Below, in pieces: positions 29,595 to 41,556 of a stretch of DNA of 64,000 bases; positions within the stretch are counted from its first letter, which is position 1; every line of letters begins with the position of its first letter. The DNA is from Eledone cirrhosa (taxonomy: Eukaryota), in the NCBI GenBank assembly GCA_964016885.1, contig OZ024742.1:336288001-336352000 (forward strand), in the 5' to 3' direction. The notes beneath the pieces are model-generated. The model worked only from the letters and a program-made list of their open reading frames with translations. It did not search any database and had not been told where the DNA came from. Position numbers and translations under genes: made by a program.

Positions 29595-31538
29595 GGTAAG
29601 GCCCTAAACTTCGCTAGCTTACACACCGACCTTACATCTGAAGAAATTAACATTATTCTCCTAGCTAGGAAAACCTTAATTGAGTTCAACGGTGACTTGT
29701 GGACCAGGAAAGATTGGCCGGACAATTTCGACATCACCATCGGATCCACGGACTCGGCCCAGGTGATGTATCTGGTGGGCCTTTATTTCCTCGACTGTCT
29801 CGGAGTGGAAATGCTCCACTTGGGAGGTGGCGGTTACCGTGACGACGTTTTGTTTACTGTGTCGTTCCACAATAATAGTATGGTAGAGAGGGTGAGGAAA
29901 AAACTAAGCAAATTCTTCAACAACATAGACTTACGTATAGTGTTTGAAGAAAACCTGAAGATAGTTAATTTTCTAGATGTTACACTTAACCTCAATTCAG
30001 GACTCTTCCAACCCTACCACAAACCCAATGAGAATTTAAACTATGTCAACGCAAAATTGAACCACCCTAGAATAGTCACTAACGGTATTACTAAAAGCGT
30101 CTCTAGTAGAATTTCAGGACTATCTTCCAATGAAGATACTTTTGATAGGATCTCGAATTACTATAATAGCGCCCTGGAACGCGTGAGGCATAGCGAGGGA
30201 ATCTCATTCAAACGTCCATTAAATAGTAGTAGCAACATTGCTTGTGATAGCTTAGGCCAAAATAGTGACATTTTAGTTAACAGCAGGCGGGATGCGAGGG
30301 AGGGTGAATATAGACTTCACGTTGTATTGCCTCCTAGTCCCAATGTCGATGGTACCAATGGAAACAATCACCCAGGTACAAACACGGAGTCTGAGCACCG
30401 TACTGCCAGCGGAAACTCTAATTGTAACCTTAATTGTAGAACTGATAAAACAACCGTTGAACGTAAAATGGAACGGGGGTCGGGTAGAAGGAATAGGGAT
30501 AAATGTAGCAGGCGCATAGTGGATATAACCCCAGCTATCGAGGGTAATCCCAATAACTGCACGGGGGGTACACCGCCTCGGAGACTTGGGCCGATTCCGA
30601 ACACAATCGGGACACCCCAGGACACCATCGACCCACAGGCAGTTATCAGTTCTAATAGACCAGTAGCAACCAAGGAGACAGGTAACCCTAGTATAGATAG
30701 TAAGAACAAGAGGTATCGGACCAGAAAAATCATGTGGTACAACCCCCCTTACTCCACTGGCCTGACCACGAGTATAGCTAAGCTTTTCTTTAGGGCCTTA
30801 GACAAATTCTTCCCTAGATCACACAGATACTATAAAATATTCAATAGGTATACTATCAAGCTGTCCTACTCCACAAACAGTAACATAGCTCAGAATATAG
30901 CTAAGATGAATTATAGTAGACTTGGGACAGCCCAATGGGGGATGAGACATGGCAGAACTAATGGCAGCTCTATGGATGAACGGACTCATACGCGTGAGGC
31001 AAGTCGGGTCACCCCAACCCCTGGGAACTTACCCATAGAGCAGACAAGAACTGAGACCCGACCCCAGATGTACCGAGGTTCCTCTGGAACTACCCAGGTC
31101 GATAACAGAAAATGTAATTACAGGAACACCGCCACTTGCCCCATGGCTGGGAAATGCCTCACCAAAAACATAGTCTACGACTGTAAGGTCTCCACTTTAG
31201 ATAGAACCTTCAGGTATGTTGGAGCAACTGCCACTGAATTTAAGGATAGATGGTATAATCACCGCCATACCTTTAATAGATTAGATTAAAAAAATAGCAC
31301 GGCGCTTTCTGAATTAGTCTGGAAGCTTAAACAACAGAATATAGAGCACTCCTTATCCTCGTCCATAATTTGCTCAGTCCAGCCATATAACGGCAGCACG
31401 GGCGTCTGTAATTTATGTATAGCTGAAACCTTTAATATTATTAGAGGCGGCCCCCTATTAATCAATAGGAGAGCGGAATTTTTCAGCAACTGCCAACATA
31501 GAACCCCGAAAACCTTCCGCAGGATTTTTGGAAAGTAA
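29595..31538 (+). pseudogene. PLE RT + GIY-YIG endonuclease ORF (Hydra-clade-like), 5'-truncated, one in-frame stop
   Basis: ORF 29697-31289 has FDITIGSTDSAQV (motif B'), GYRDD (motif C), VNFLDVTLNL, WYNPPYS, CNY..CPMAGKCL and NIVY...YVG..FKDRWYNH. After TAA at 31287-31289 the frame continues as STALSELVWKLK...CNLCIAE...CQH to a stop at 31538. Upstream, GKALNFASLHTDLTSEEINII matches PLE-2. Confidence 0.88.
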
Positions 31539-32959
31539 CCTACCACTAACTCCTCCCTCTCTACCTTAGCCATAGAGTTCTCTCAATTAGCAATTAACAG
31601 ACAATCACACACTCAGGTAGTAGACAGCTAAGATCGTTTGCGCACTTACAAACGGTACTCGGTCTGTTTCCACAGAGTTCTCACAGCTGAGTGCACATTA
31701 GAATACCTAGTTAGTAAATAGTTAGAATGATTACACACTCAGTTAAGACCGATTACGCGCATTCACCATTACTTTAGGATACCCTAACCATTGAGTTCTC
31801 TCTGTTGGGATATAGCTATACGTATTACACACTCAGTTAAGACAGATTACGCTCTCTATACATAACTCTACACACAGTACCCGGTTTCTTTTGACATGGA
31901 GTTCCCACAGCTATGACTAGTCACGTTCTTATCGATTGAACACTACACTAGGTTTTGATCCGTGATCATCTAACCATGGATGGCTCACGGTTACAGATTG
32001 GAAAATAATACTTACACACCATTAATGGGCCTACACACATCCTCTGGGTTTTGCTATTCTTTGTTATTTTATTTTATTTTATTTTATTTTATTTTATTTT
32101 ATTTTATTTTATTTTATTTTTATTTTTGTGTTGGGTAACACACCTCCACCACTCAAACACCTATCTTAAAAGCACAAGGGCCCATACGACGGGAAAAAGC
32201 ACATACTGACACTTTAACCCAAATACCCGACCCTACACAGAGCCCCTTGGTGGCCTACATAGCGGTTGCTTGCACGCACAGATTTAGGGACTCAGATTCT
32301 CAATGGGACAACGGCACATACTGAGTTCGATATATGCTCTTCACATGGATGTGTATATAGCAAAACACACTTTTTGGACGATACGGACGTGTATGTACCA
32401 AAACATACACTATTTGGAGATACAGATGTTACAATTCAATCTATACATGTCTAGCAGAACATTGAACTGAACTTACTTGCGTGTGTATAGGGTTGACCCC
32501 ATTTTTCCAATTTACATCGTCAAATTGAGATTTGACCAATATAACATTTGTTGGTTTGTAAACTAACTTTCGGTGAATACTATGTTGGTATATTTATATT
32601 TTTTCTTTGACCTCGTGTCGGTGTGTGTGAGTGTGTGTGTACTCAATCACACTAACTGTAACCGTCTGTAGTTCTACAGATTTGATGCTATGTTGGTATA
32701 TGTATATATTTTTTCTTTGACCTCACGTCGGTGTGTGTGAGTGTGTTTGTACCCACTCACATCAACTGTGACCCACTGTAAATCTACAGATTTGATGTCC
32801 AGCGTCTTTTACAGCTATTGAGAGATAGAGACTTGATAGTTTTATGACCCTAACTGAAGACGATAGTTTTGACTGCTTGATCTAAATGAGGGACTAAACT
32901 CTGTGAGTGAACATCGTTAATTTTCTCCCTCATATCAAGGATTTGAAGACAATTGATTT

Positions 32960-33033
32960 TCACCTGACGAAAACAGTGATAATTGATCATAGCTACACGA
33001 TCGATCTATCTCTTATTGAAACATGTGTCGTGA
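32960..33033 (+). ncRNA. Hammerhead ribozyme motif in the PLE-1 3' tail
   Basis: TCAC-CTGACGA-(long, imperfect stem II)-GAAA-CATGTG-TC-GTGA, with a GUC cleavage triplet. The mirror copy at about 29015-29088 has GAC instead. Confidence 0.7.
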
Positions 33034-33578
33034 TTAAAATGATTGGAAATTTATACCATGCCTTTGGATCTTTATTTTGATACTAATACTCCGTTTTACA
33101 TCATCTAGCTGTTCCCATAAATGGAATTGGAGATATACAAAAGAGTGGAGAACTTAATATTGTTAACAAAAATTTAATGGACCGTATGGCACAACCAATA
33201 ATACACCTTACTATATAATAACTATATATATATATACATATATATATATATGTATCTGTGTCTGTGTGCACGTTTACCTTTATGGTGGTATAATATATGC
33301 ATGGATGCACACACGCGCACACATATATATATTCATATATATTTGAAGAAGGTCATGTTGCCATTATTGCCAATAGAAAGAAACACACGTACCATATATT
33401 TTTCACTTTAATGTTCGTTTAATGCTCGTTATTCATTCATTTATCAATTTTCTTTCTTCACACATTCTGTGACATCCTCAATGACTATCTGTTTTGCGCC
33501 TCCTCTAATTGCATGCAGATATTGGTTGAAGGCGTTAAATGTTTCACTGTATGTATGTTTATATATATGTATATATAT

Positions 33579-33895
<317 letters not shown>

Positions 33896-33896
33896 T

Positions 33897-34080
33897 TTAG
33901 AAATAGCAAGGAAAATATGTTTAAGGATCTGTTTCTCTTTTTTTTCATCATTGATTCGTCAAAGTGACATTATTGAAAAAAAAGAATTGTTCCTCTCATT
34001 TTTCAATAATGTCACGTTGACGAATCAAAGAAGAAAAAAGATAAACAGATCCTTAAACATATTTGCCTTGCTATTTCTAA
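33897..34080. repeat. Imperfect inverted repeat between microsatellites
   Basis: ttagaaatagcaagg...gtgacattattgaaaaa versus tttttcaataatgtcac...ccttgctatttctaa. Confidence 0.75.
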
Positions 34081-34170
34081 TTCCACTCTCTCTCTCTCGC
34101 TATCTCTCTTTATATATATATATATATATATATATGATTATATATATATGTTTTTATTATATATATAAGC

Positions 34171-34254
<84 letters not shown>

Positions 34255-34256
<2 letters not shown>

Positions 34257-34610
34257 AAAATTAAGATAAATCAAAGTGAATTTAATCTAAATCAAAATTA
34301 TGGGTGTCATGCCACAAGGCATGCGCTAAATCACCCGTAAAATACGCTCCAAGATTCTAATGAACAGGTCCGAGCATTTTATAACAACTAGAAATTGATT
34401 AACATATAAATAAACATATGAAACAATCACAGGGGATAATTTTTACAAGTGCGTAAGCACACACAGTTAGGTAGGTAACTAAATAAAGTTAACTAGAACT
34501 TCAAATATTTAGTTACCTACCCAGCTGTGTGTGCTTACACACTTCTAAAAATTATCCCCTGTGATTGTTTCATATGTTTATATATATGTTAATCAATTTC
34601 TAGTTGTTAT
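34255..34610. repeat. Asymmetric fold-back insertion in (TA)n
   Basis: Arms 34381-34485 and about 34506-34610, with a left extension to 34255. Confidence 0.75.
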
Positions 34611-34693
34611 ATTTATATATATATATATATAAGCATATATATGTATATATATATATATATAAGCATATATATGTATATATATATATATATATG

Positions 34694-34747
<54 letters not shown>

Positions 34748-34751
<4 letters not shown>

Positions 34752-35380
34752 TGTAAGTATCTACACGTACATACATATATGTATACAGACGTACAGTAGT
34801 ATGTATATATATATATACATACATGCACACATATATATATGTACGTATGGCTTTACCGAACATTTATTATAATGTTCGGTTTGTTTGTAAACAAACAGCC
34901 CGAATTACGCCGTACGGTGTTCGGCAATCATCGTCGCTTTTTTGTTCAGCACTGACACAGGAACGATGTACTAGTTTCAAGCTTATTAGCTATCGTCAGC
35001 ATCGTATACCTTCCTGTCAGATGATTGAACGTTTGAAAGTATATACTTTCCTTATGCATATTAACGGCTGAGCAGCCTAATTTGCATATCGAGTGAGTTA
35101 GTCGGCCGGGCATACCGAAAACGATAAATGGAAAAGAATGAAACAAAATTTCATTTCACCCTCTTAGTACGGCTGATACTTAATGTAAGTATGTACACGT
35201 ACATACATATATGTATACAGACGTACAGTAGTATGTATATATATATACATACATGCACACATATATATATATGTACGTATGGCTTTACCGAACATTTATT
35301 ATAATGTTCGGTTTGTTTGTAAACAAACAGCCCGTATTTACTTACATTTAATTATCAGCCGTACTAAGAGTGAGAAAATT
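34748..35380. repeat. Direct repeat of about 150 bp with an adjoining short inversion (pLTR-like)
   Basis: 34748-34902 is repeated at 35180-35334, and 35338-35372 inverts 35160-35190. Confidence 0.7.
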
Positions 35381-35551
35381 TGCTCCGAAAAAATTGCATG
35401 TGTCCAAAGGAACCTGCAGCCGTAGAATCGCCCAGATCCATGCAGTGCTCATGTCTCGAGCTACCTGCCGGCGAAATAATTGTAACACGCAATAAACTGA
35501 GTCCAGATGCATCACTGATTTTTCGTTTTTGTTATACTATTCACACTCTGC

Positions 35552-35679
<128 letters not shown>

Positions 35680-36511
35680 ATACATATTTATAAACAAACA
35701 TATATATATACAGTGGAATATTTGGTGACGAATGTAATTCTTCCTAACCTCTTAATCAATATCGAAAGTCTGTATGCAATTAGACGCATGAAAAATGAAT
35801 ATAAGAAATTATTGAAGAAAATATATGCATGTTTCAATAACATTTTACGGAGATGGATTTTTGAAGGTTCATTTAAAGGAACATTTTTTTTTTTTCTCTC
35901 AATTCGTACTTGTAGAAATTACATTTCGTTACGCTATGCTCCTATAGAAAACCTGATATTATTCATTATCAACAGGAAATTATTCATTATCAATATGAAA
36001 TTGGAATGGTTAATGAAAAAAAATACCGAATTTTTGCTGAGCATACTACAAAACACTAAATAAAAGTATTAACGAACTCAGTTATGATTTCATGAAAGTA
36101 TTGAACTATCTAATTAATTCTTTCTATTTTTTTTTATTTCATCGACATAATCGTAATCTAGAGCTTTGAAAATGTATTTTTGTAAATTTTCATTTAAAAG
36201 TATATACACTCTTAAAAGAGTTATAAAGATTCAAATTTGGACACACACACCACACACACGCACACACACACACACACTCTCTTTCTCTCTCTCTCTTTCT
36301 CTTTCTCTCTCTCTCTTTCTCTTTCTCTCTCTCTCTTTCTCTTTCTCTCTCTCTCACACACACACACAGAGTAAACTGTACTTCGTTGACCCGATTCTAT
36401 TCATCTTTTAAACATTATCCCTGACATTTTTTGCCAAAAGACCCACCAATGCAACCATCATTACAAACAACCACCACCCTTATTACAGTAATCACTACCA
36501 CAACTAATGGA

Positions 36512-36860
36512 TGTAACATGGTCAAATCGTAAAGAAGTTTGGTTCTGAATCATAAGGTTTCGCGTTCGATTCCACTTTGTGGTATCTTGGGCACATGACA
36601 CTTAAAATAGTTTCAGGTCGGTCCAAGCCTTGTCAGTGAAATTCGGTAGACGGAATATATTTCGAAGTCCGTCGTATGATCTGTGTATGTAATTCAAAGA
36701 GCCAGTCGTGTTACACACTGTACGCTGAATCTCCCCGAGGATTATGGAAGGGTACAAATGTCTATGCAATGGTCAGTCGTTTACACATTACTTTCACAAA
36801 GTAGTCTATTTCCGTTGGTGGAAAAACTAGAATACTCATCGTTGAACCGACAGATGTCCA
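36512..36860 (+). mobile_element. Second, older tRNA-derived SINE family
   Basis: B-box GTTCGATTCC. The body gtacgctgaatctccccgag matches reverse copies at about 43605-43685 and 62110-62430. Confidence 0.65.
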
Positions 36861-36870
36861 TTCCGTTATC

Positions 36871-37850
36871 ATAACCACCACCACCACCACCACCACCACC
36901 ACCACCACCACCACCACCACCACCACAACCACTACCACCACAACCACCACCACCACAACCACCACCACCACAACCACCACCACCACAACCACCACCACAA
37001 CCACCACCACAACCACAACCACCACCACAACCACAACCACCACCATAACCACAACCACAACCACAACCACCACCACAACCACCACCACAACCACCACCAT
37101 AACCACCACCACAACCACCACCACAACCACCACCACAACCACCACCACAACCACCACCATAACCACCACCACAACCACCACCACCACCACCACAACCACC
37201 ACCATAACCACCACCACAACCACAACCACCACCATAACCACCACCACAACCACCACCATAACCACCACCACAACCACCACCACCACCATAACCACCACCA
37301 CAACCACCACCATAACCACCACCATAACCACAACCACCACCACCATAACAACCACTACAACCACCACCACAACCACAACCACCACCACAACCACCACCAT
37401 AACCACCACCACAACCACCACCATAACCACAACCACAACCACCACCATAACCACAACCACCACCATAACCACCACCACCACCATAACCACCACCATAACC
37501 ACCACCATAACCACCACCACCACCACAACCACCACCACAACCACCACCATAACCACCACCACAACCACCACCACAACCACAACCACCACCATAACCACCA
37601 CCACAACCACCACCACAACCACCACCACAACCACCACCATAACCACCACAATCATAACCACCACCACCACCACCACCACCACAACCACCACCACAACCAC
37701 CACCACAACCACCACCATAACCACCACAATCACAACCACCACCATAACCACCACCACAACCACCACCACAACCACCACCATAACCACCACAATCACAACC
37801 ACCACCACAACCACCACCATAACCACCACCACAACCACCACCATAACCAC
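36871..37850. repeat. About 980-bp (ACC)/(GGT)-based repeat with 9-12 nt higher-order period; minus-strand ORF 36781-37956 is Gly/Cys/Tyr-rich
   Basis: Only the triplets GGT, TGT, TAT, GAT and AGT occur in register. Coding status is unresolved. Confidence 0.9.
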
Positions 37851-37996
37851 CAGCAGGCGAGATTTGAATAGACTTACTTAGAATCATAACATTGTAAAAT
37901 ATACACCAAAGAAAGAATACAAACCCCTCTGCTGTATTAAATGACATATTTTGCATCTAAAGACTTGTATTTGTGAACTGATATATACCAATACTA

Positions 37997-38072
<76 letters not shown>

Positions 38073-38082
38073 TATATATATG

Positions 38083-38203
<121 letters not shown>

Positions 38204-38426
38204 CCCCCTCCCCATCTCTCTCTCTCGCTCGCTCTATCTATATATTTATCTCGATAATTAAATAGATAGACAGACAGACATATATATATATATATGCAAA
38301 AGTTTTATTTAAAATTGTTGGGTTACAACGAGTAAATATTTTATAACTGATATAAAAGCACTCAACAGTTTTTGGAGTAGGTTTACGATATTAAACAAAT
38401 GGAAACTATATTTATAAAACCATATT

Positions 38427-38492
38427 TATTTCGTTATATATATTTCTGGGATATCATATTAAAAATATGGTATGCCTTCCTCAGACAAAATA
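38427..38492 (-). ncRNA. Hammerhead ribozyme motif (family C, PLE-2 left arm)
   Basis: Minus strand: TATTTTGT-CTGAGGA-AGGCATACCATAT..-GAAA-TATATA-TA-ACGAAATA. Stem I carries a compensatory change relative to the 51393 copy. Confidence 0.68.
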
Positions 38493-39708
38493 CAATATAT
38501 AAGCTGTTTTATAAATAATTTTGACATACCTTAGAATAATGCAACTTCCATTTAAAAAGTTGATTTGGTAGTGAAACTGTTGAGGACAGTTATAGAGAAA
38601 GAAAGACGAAGAAAAACGAAGATAAAAAGAAGAAGATGAAGAGATGTATGTAAAGAGAAACAACAGAGCGAGATAGAGAGAGAAGGAGATATGGGAGAGA
38701 GAAACATATTGAGGAAGTGAAAAAATAGTAGGCAGCTTTGGGACAGATGATCCTCGTACAAGTGAGAGGTTAAGGGGGGAAGGGATACAGTTAAAATAGC
38801 CGACAGATAAATCACGTCCAGTGTAGAGGAGAAAAAGAAAGAAAGATGATATATTTAAAATATATTATGTCTCATCCATTTGAATTATCAATCTTTATGA
38901 ATGAGGTATTATAATGTAAATATCAATATTCATGAATGAGACACATATCCATAATGTGTGAAAAAAATTGACCCCATGCTTAGTTTAAAAAAATTCTTAG
39001 GTCTATAAGCAAAATCTGAGACAAAACTTCAAACATAAGTATATATGCATTCTCATGAAAAAACACAAAAAGTGAAAAGAGAAGGTTATCTCAAATTCAA
39101 GTTGATAATTATAGACACACATGTGAACTTACGTGATATGCTCCGCAGATTCTTATTTTTCATGAAAATCTTCATTGCGTTACAAAAGATTCCACCATAC
39201 ATATATGTACATACATATATATATATATAGACATAAAATATACATTAACATTTATAGTAATATTCCTGCCCTCACTTACATGATTATCGATCAAGCAAAG
39301 AATAGACAACAGATATCAATATTAAAAATTAGACAACAGATATCAATATTAAAAATATAGTATGCCACGCATATCAGTCACATAAAACCACCCTTCCAAT
39401 TTATTTGACAATATGTTGTCAAGTTCATTAGAAGCAATCAGAATCATATTTGATAAATCAGAATCATATTTGATAAATCATATTTGATAAATCAGAATCA
39501 TATTTGATAAATCAGAATCATATTTGATAAATCTAATATAAATGAAAATGTCTCAGACCTAGACAAAGTCTTCAAATCTAAAAAAAATCCACCCCCCAAC
39601 AAACTTTTAACTGATTTTGAAAACGATATAATTTCTATCATACAAGGAGTCAAATTCAAAAGAAACTTCAATGGCCAGGAATATCTGAAAAGCATTAAGG
39701 ATAATATT

Positions 39709-41556
39709 GTGAGCTTAGAGAGAACAGAGAAGATCTTGGTGAAATCGGACAAAACCAACAACCTCTATGGAGTGGAAAAAGTCATGTATAATGGCCTCAT
39801 ACTGAAAGAACTAAGGAAAAAGTACAAGGTAGCAGATAAGGCTGAACTTGAGAAAATGAATGTTGAGGCATCTTGTATAATGCATGAGTTGGAAATTGAG
39901 AACAAAACACAACCTTTCGTGCCCAGGAAACCCAAGATCAATATGAAAGATCACAAGAAAAATTTTGAAAATGACTTGCCAGTCAGGTTGATTGCACCAT
40001 CAAAATCTGACCTGGGTAAACTTAGCAAGAACATTCTAGACAGGGTGATACAGCAAATTAAGGACTTGAATTGTTTACCTGGCTTAACCTTGTGGAAGGG
40101 AACTGGGGAGGTCATTGAGTGGTTTAATGAAATTAAATATAACAATAATAATAAATTTATTCAACTAGATATTGCTAACTACTATTCATCCATTACCCCT
40201 AATCTACTAAATAAGGCACCAAATTACGCATTCAAACATACAGACCTAACTAGCAATGAAATGCACATTATATTATCGGCTAGGAAAACATTGATAGAAT
40301 TTAATAACCAACTATGGACTAGGGCTGATAGAGATAATAATTTCGACATTACTATGGGATCATCAGACTCAGCTCAGGTAACGGACCTTGTGGGCCTATT
40401 TATAATTAATTCGCTGCATAGGAAAATACCCGGTGTTACCGGAGGTTTATATAGAGATGACATGCTTTTACTTATTGAAAATAATAACTCTGAACTAAAT
40501 AGAAAAAGAAAACAAATTATACAATTTTTTAATTACCTTAATCTAAAAATAGAAATTGAGAATAACCATAGAATAGTCAATTTCCTAGACGTAACATTAA
40601 ATCTCAACACATGTCTTCACTATCCTTTTCACAAGTTAAATGAAAACTTGAATTATGTCAATTTTAGCTCCAATCACCCCAGATCTGTCAAAAATACTAT
40701 AGTGAACTCTGTTCAAAAACGTATCTCTAGAATCGCAGGATATAGTGATAAAATTATGTACATCGATAATAGACAAACTAACCAAAATAACAACAATTTT
40801 AATTACAGTAACAACTTTAACAACTATAATAGAAAGCACTACAATAATTCCAAAAACCAGAAAAGAAATAGAACTAGAAATATAATATGGTTTGCCCCCC
40901 CCTTCTCACTAAACATTAAAACCCACATCGCTAAACTATTTTTTAATGCTCTTGACAAACGCTTCCCTAGAACACATAAGTATCACTCAATTTTCAATAG
41001 ACATACTATAAAATTAACATACTCGTCCACCAAAGATTTAGCACAAAATATTAATAGAATAAATAATAGGAATCTAAAACCTAGCCAAAATACCGAAAAT
41101 AGCCTAAACAATATTCAAGTAAACAACTGTAACTATAGAGATAGATCTAAATGTCCGCTAAATAACAATTGCTTAGTTAAAAATATAATATACAACTGTA
41201 ATGTTAAAACTGACTTAAATTCTTTTAATTATGTTGGTTCCACCTCGACAGAATTTAAACTTCGCTATAATAATCACAAAAATTCTTTCACGAATCCAAA
41301 TAAAAAATCTTCAACATCACTATCAGGCTTACTCTGGCAACTTAAACATGATAAAGTTGGATATTCGATGGTTTGGAATATAGTCTCAAAAGGCATTCCT
41401 TTTAATTCCTCTTCTGAGACATGTGACCTCTGCGCGGAGGAGATATTCTTTATACTAAAATCTAAAAATTCCCTTAATTTACGAACCAATTTATTCAGCT
41501 GCTGCAGACATAGATTGAACTCAACTTTTAAATATAAATATAAATTTAAAATGTAG
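39709..41556 (+). CDS. PLE reverse transcriptase + GIY-YIG endonuclease (Hydra-clade-like), N-terminally truncated
   Basis: 615-aa open frame with VRLIAPSKS, FIQLDIANYYSSI (A), FDITMGSSDSAQVTDLVG (B'), LYRDD (C), NCNY..CPLNNNCL, NIIY..NYVG, CDLCAEE and CRH. The frame is open upstream to the junction at about 39520, with no true start codon. It lacks about 20 aa in the thumb relative to PLE-1. Confidence 0.9.
   Translation: MSLERTEKILVKSDKTNNLYGVEKVMYNGLILKELRKKYKVADKAELEKMNVEASCIMHELEIENKTQPFVPRKPKINMKDHKKNFENDLPVRLIAPSKSDLGKLSKNILDRVIQQIKDLNCLPGLTLWKGTGEVIEWFNEIKYNNNNKFIQLDIANYYSSITPNLLNKAPNYAFKHTDLTSNEMHIILSARKTLIEFNNQLWTRADRDNNFDITMGSSDSAQVTDLVGLFIINSLHRKIPGVTGGLYRDDMLLLIENNNSELNRKRKQIIQFFNYLNLKIEIENNHRIVNFLDVTLNLNTCLHYPFHKLNENLNYVNFSSNHPRSVKNTIVNSVQKRISRIAGYSDKIMYIDNRQTNQNNNNFNYSNNFNNYNRKHYNNSKNQKRNRTRNIIWFAPPFSLNIKTHIAKLFFNALDKRFPRTHKYHSIFNRHTIKLTYSSTKDLAQNINRINNRNLKPSQNTENSLNNIQVNNCNYRDRSKCPLNNNCLVKNIIYNCNVKTDLNSFNYVGSTSTEFKLRYNNHKNSFTNPNKKSSTSLSGLLWQLKHDKVGYSMVWNIVSKGIPFNSSSETCDLCAEEIFFILKSKNSLNLRTNLFSCCRHRLNSTFKYKYKFKM

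Larger units (their letters stand above)
28971..33211 (+). mobile_element. Penelope-like element (PLE-1), 5'-truncated, with an inverted copy of its 3' tail at the 5' end
   Basis: Left arm 28971-29593 is the reverse complement of 32462-33077 with few mismatches and indels. The coding body starts abruptly at about 29594 inside RT. The 3' tail runs to 33211. Both ends abut (TA)n. Confidence 0.9.

Noticed and set aside
31287-31289. In-frame stop in PLE-1 as possible selenocysteine recoding, as reported for some Naiads
   Set aside because: The codon is TAA at a non-Cys position, most simply an AAA-to-TAA mutation.
36762-37850. Poly-Val (362 aa) and poly-Trp ORFs
   Set aside because: They are alternative frames of the same GGT repeat.
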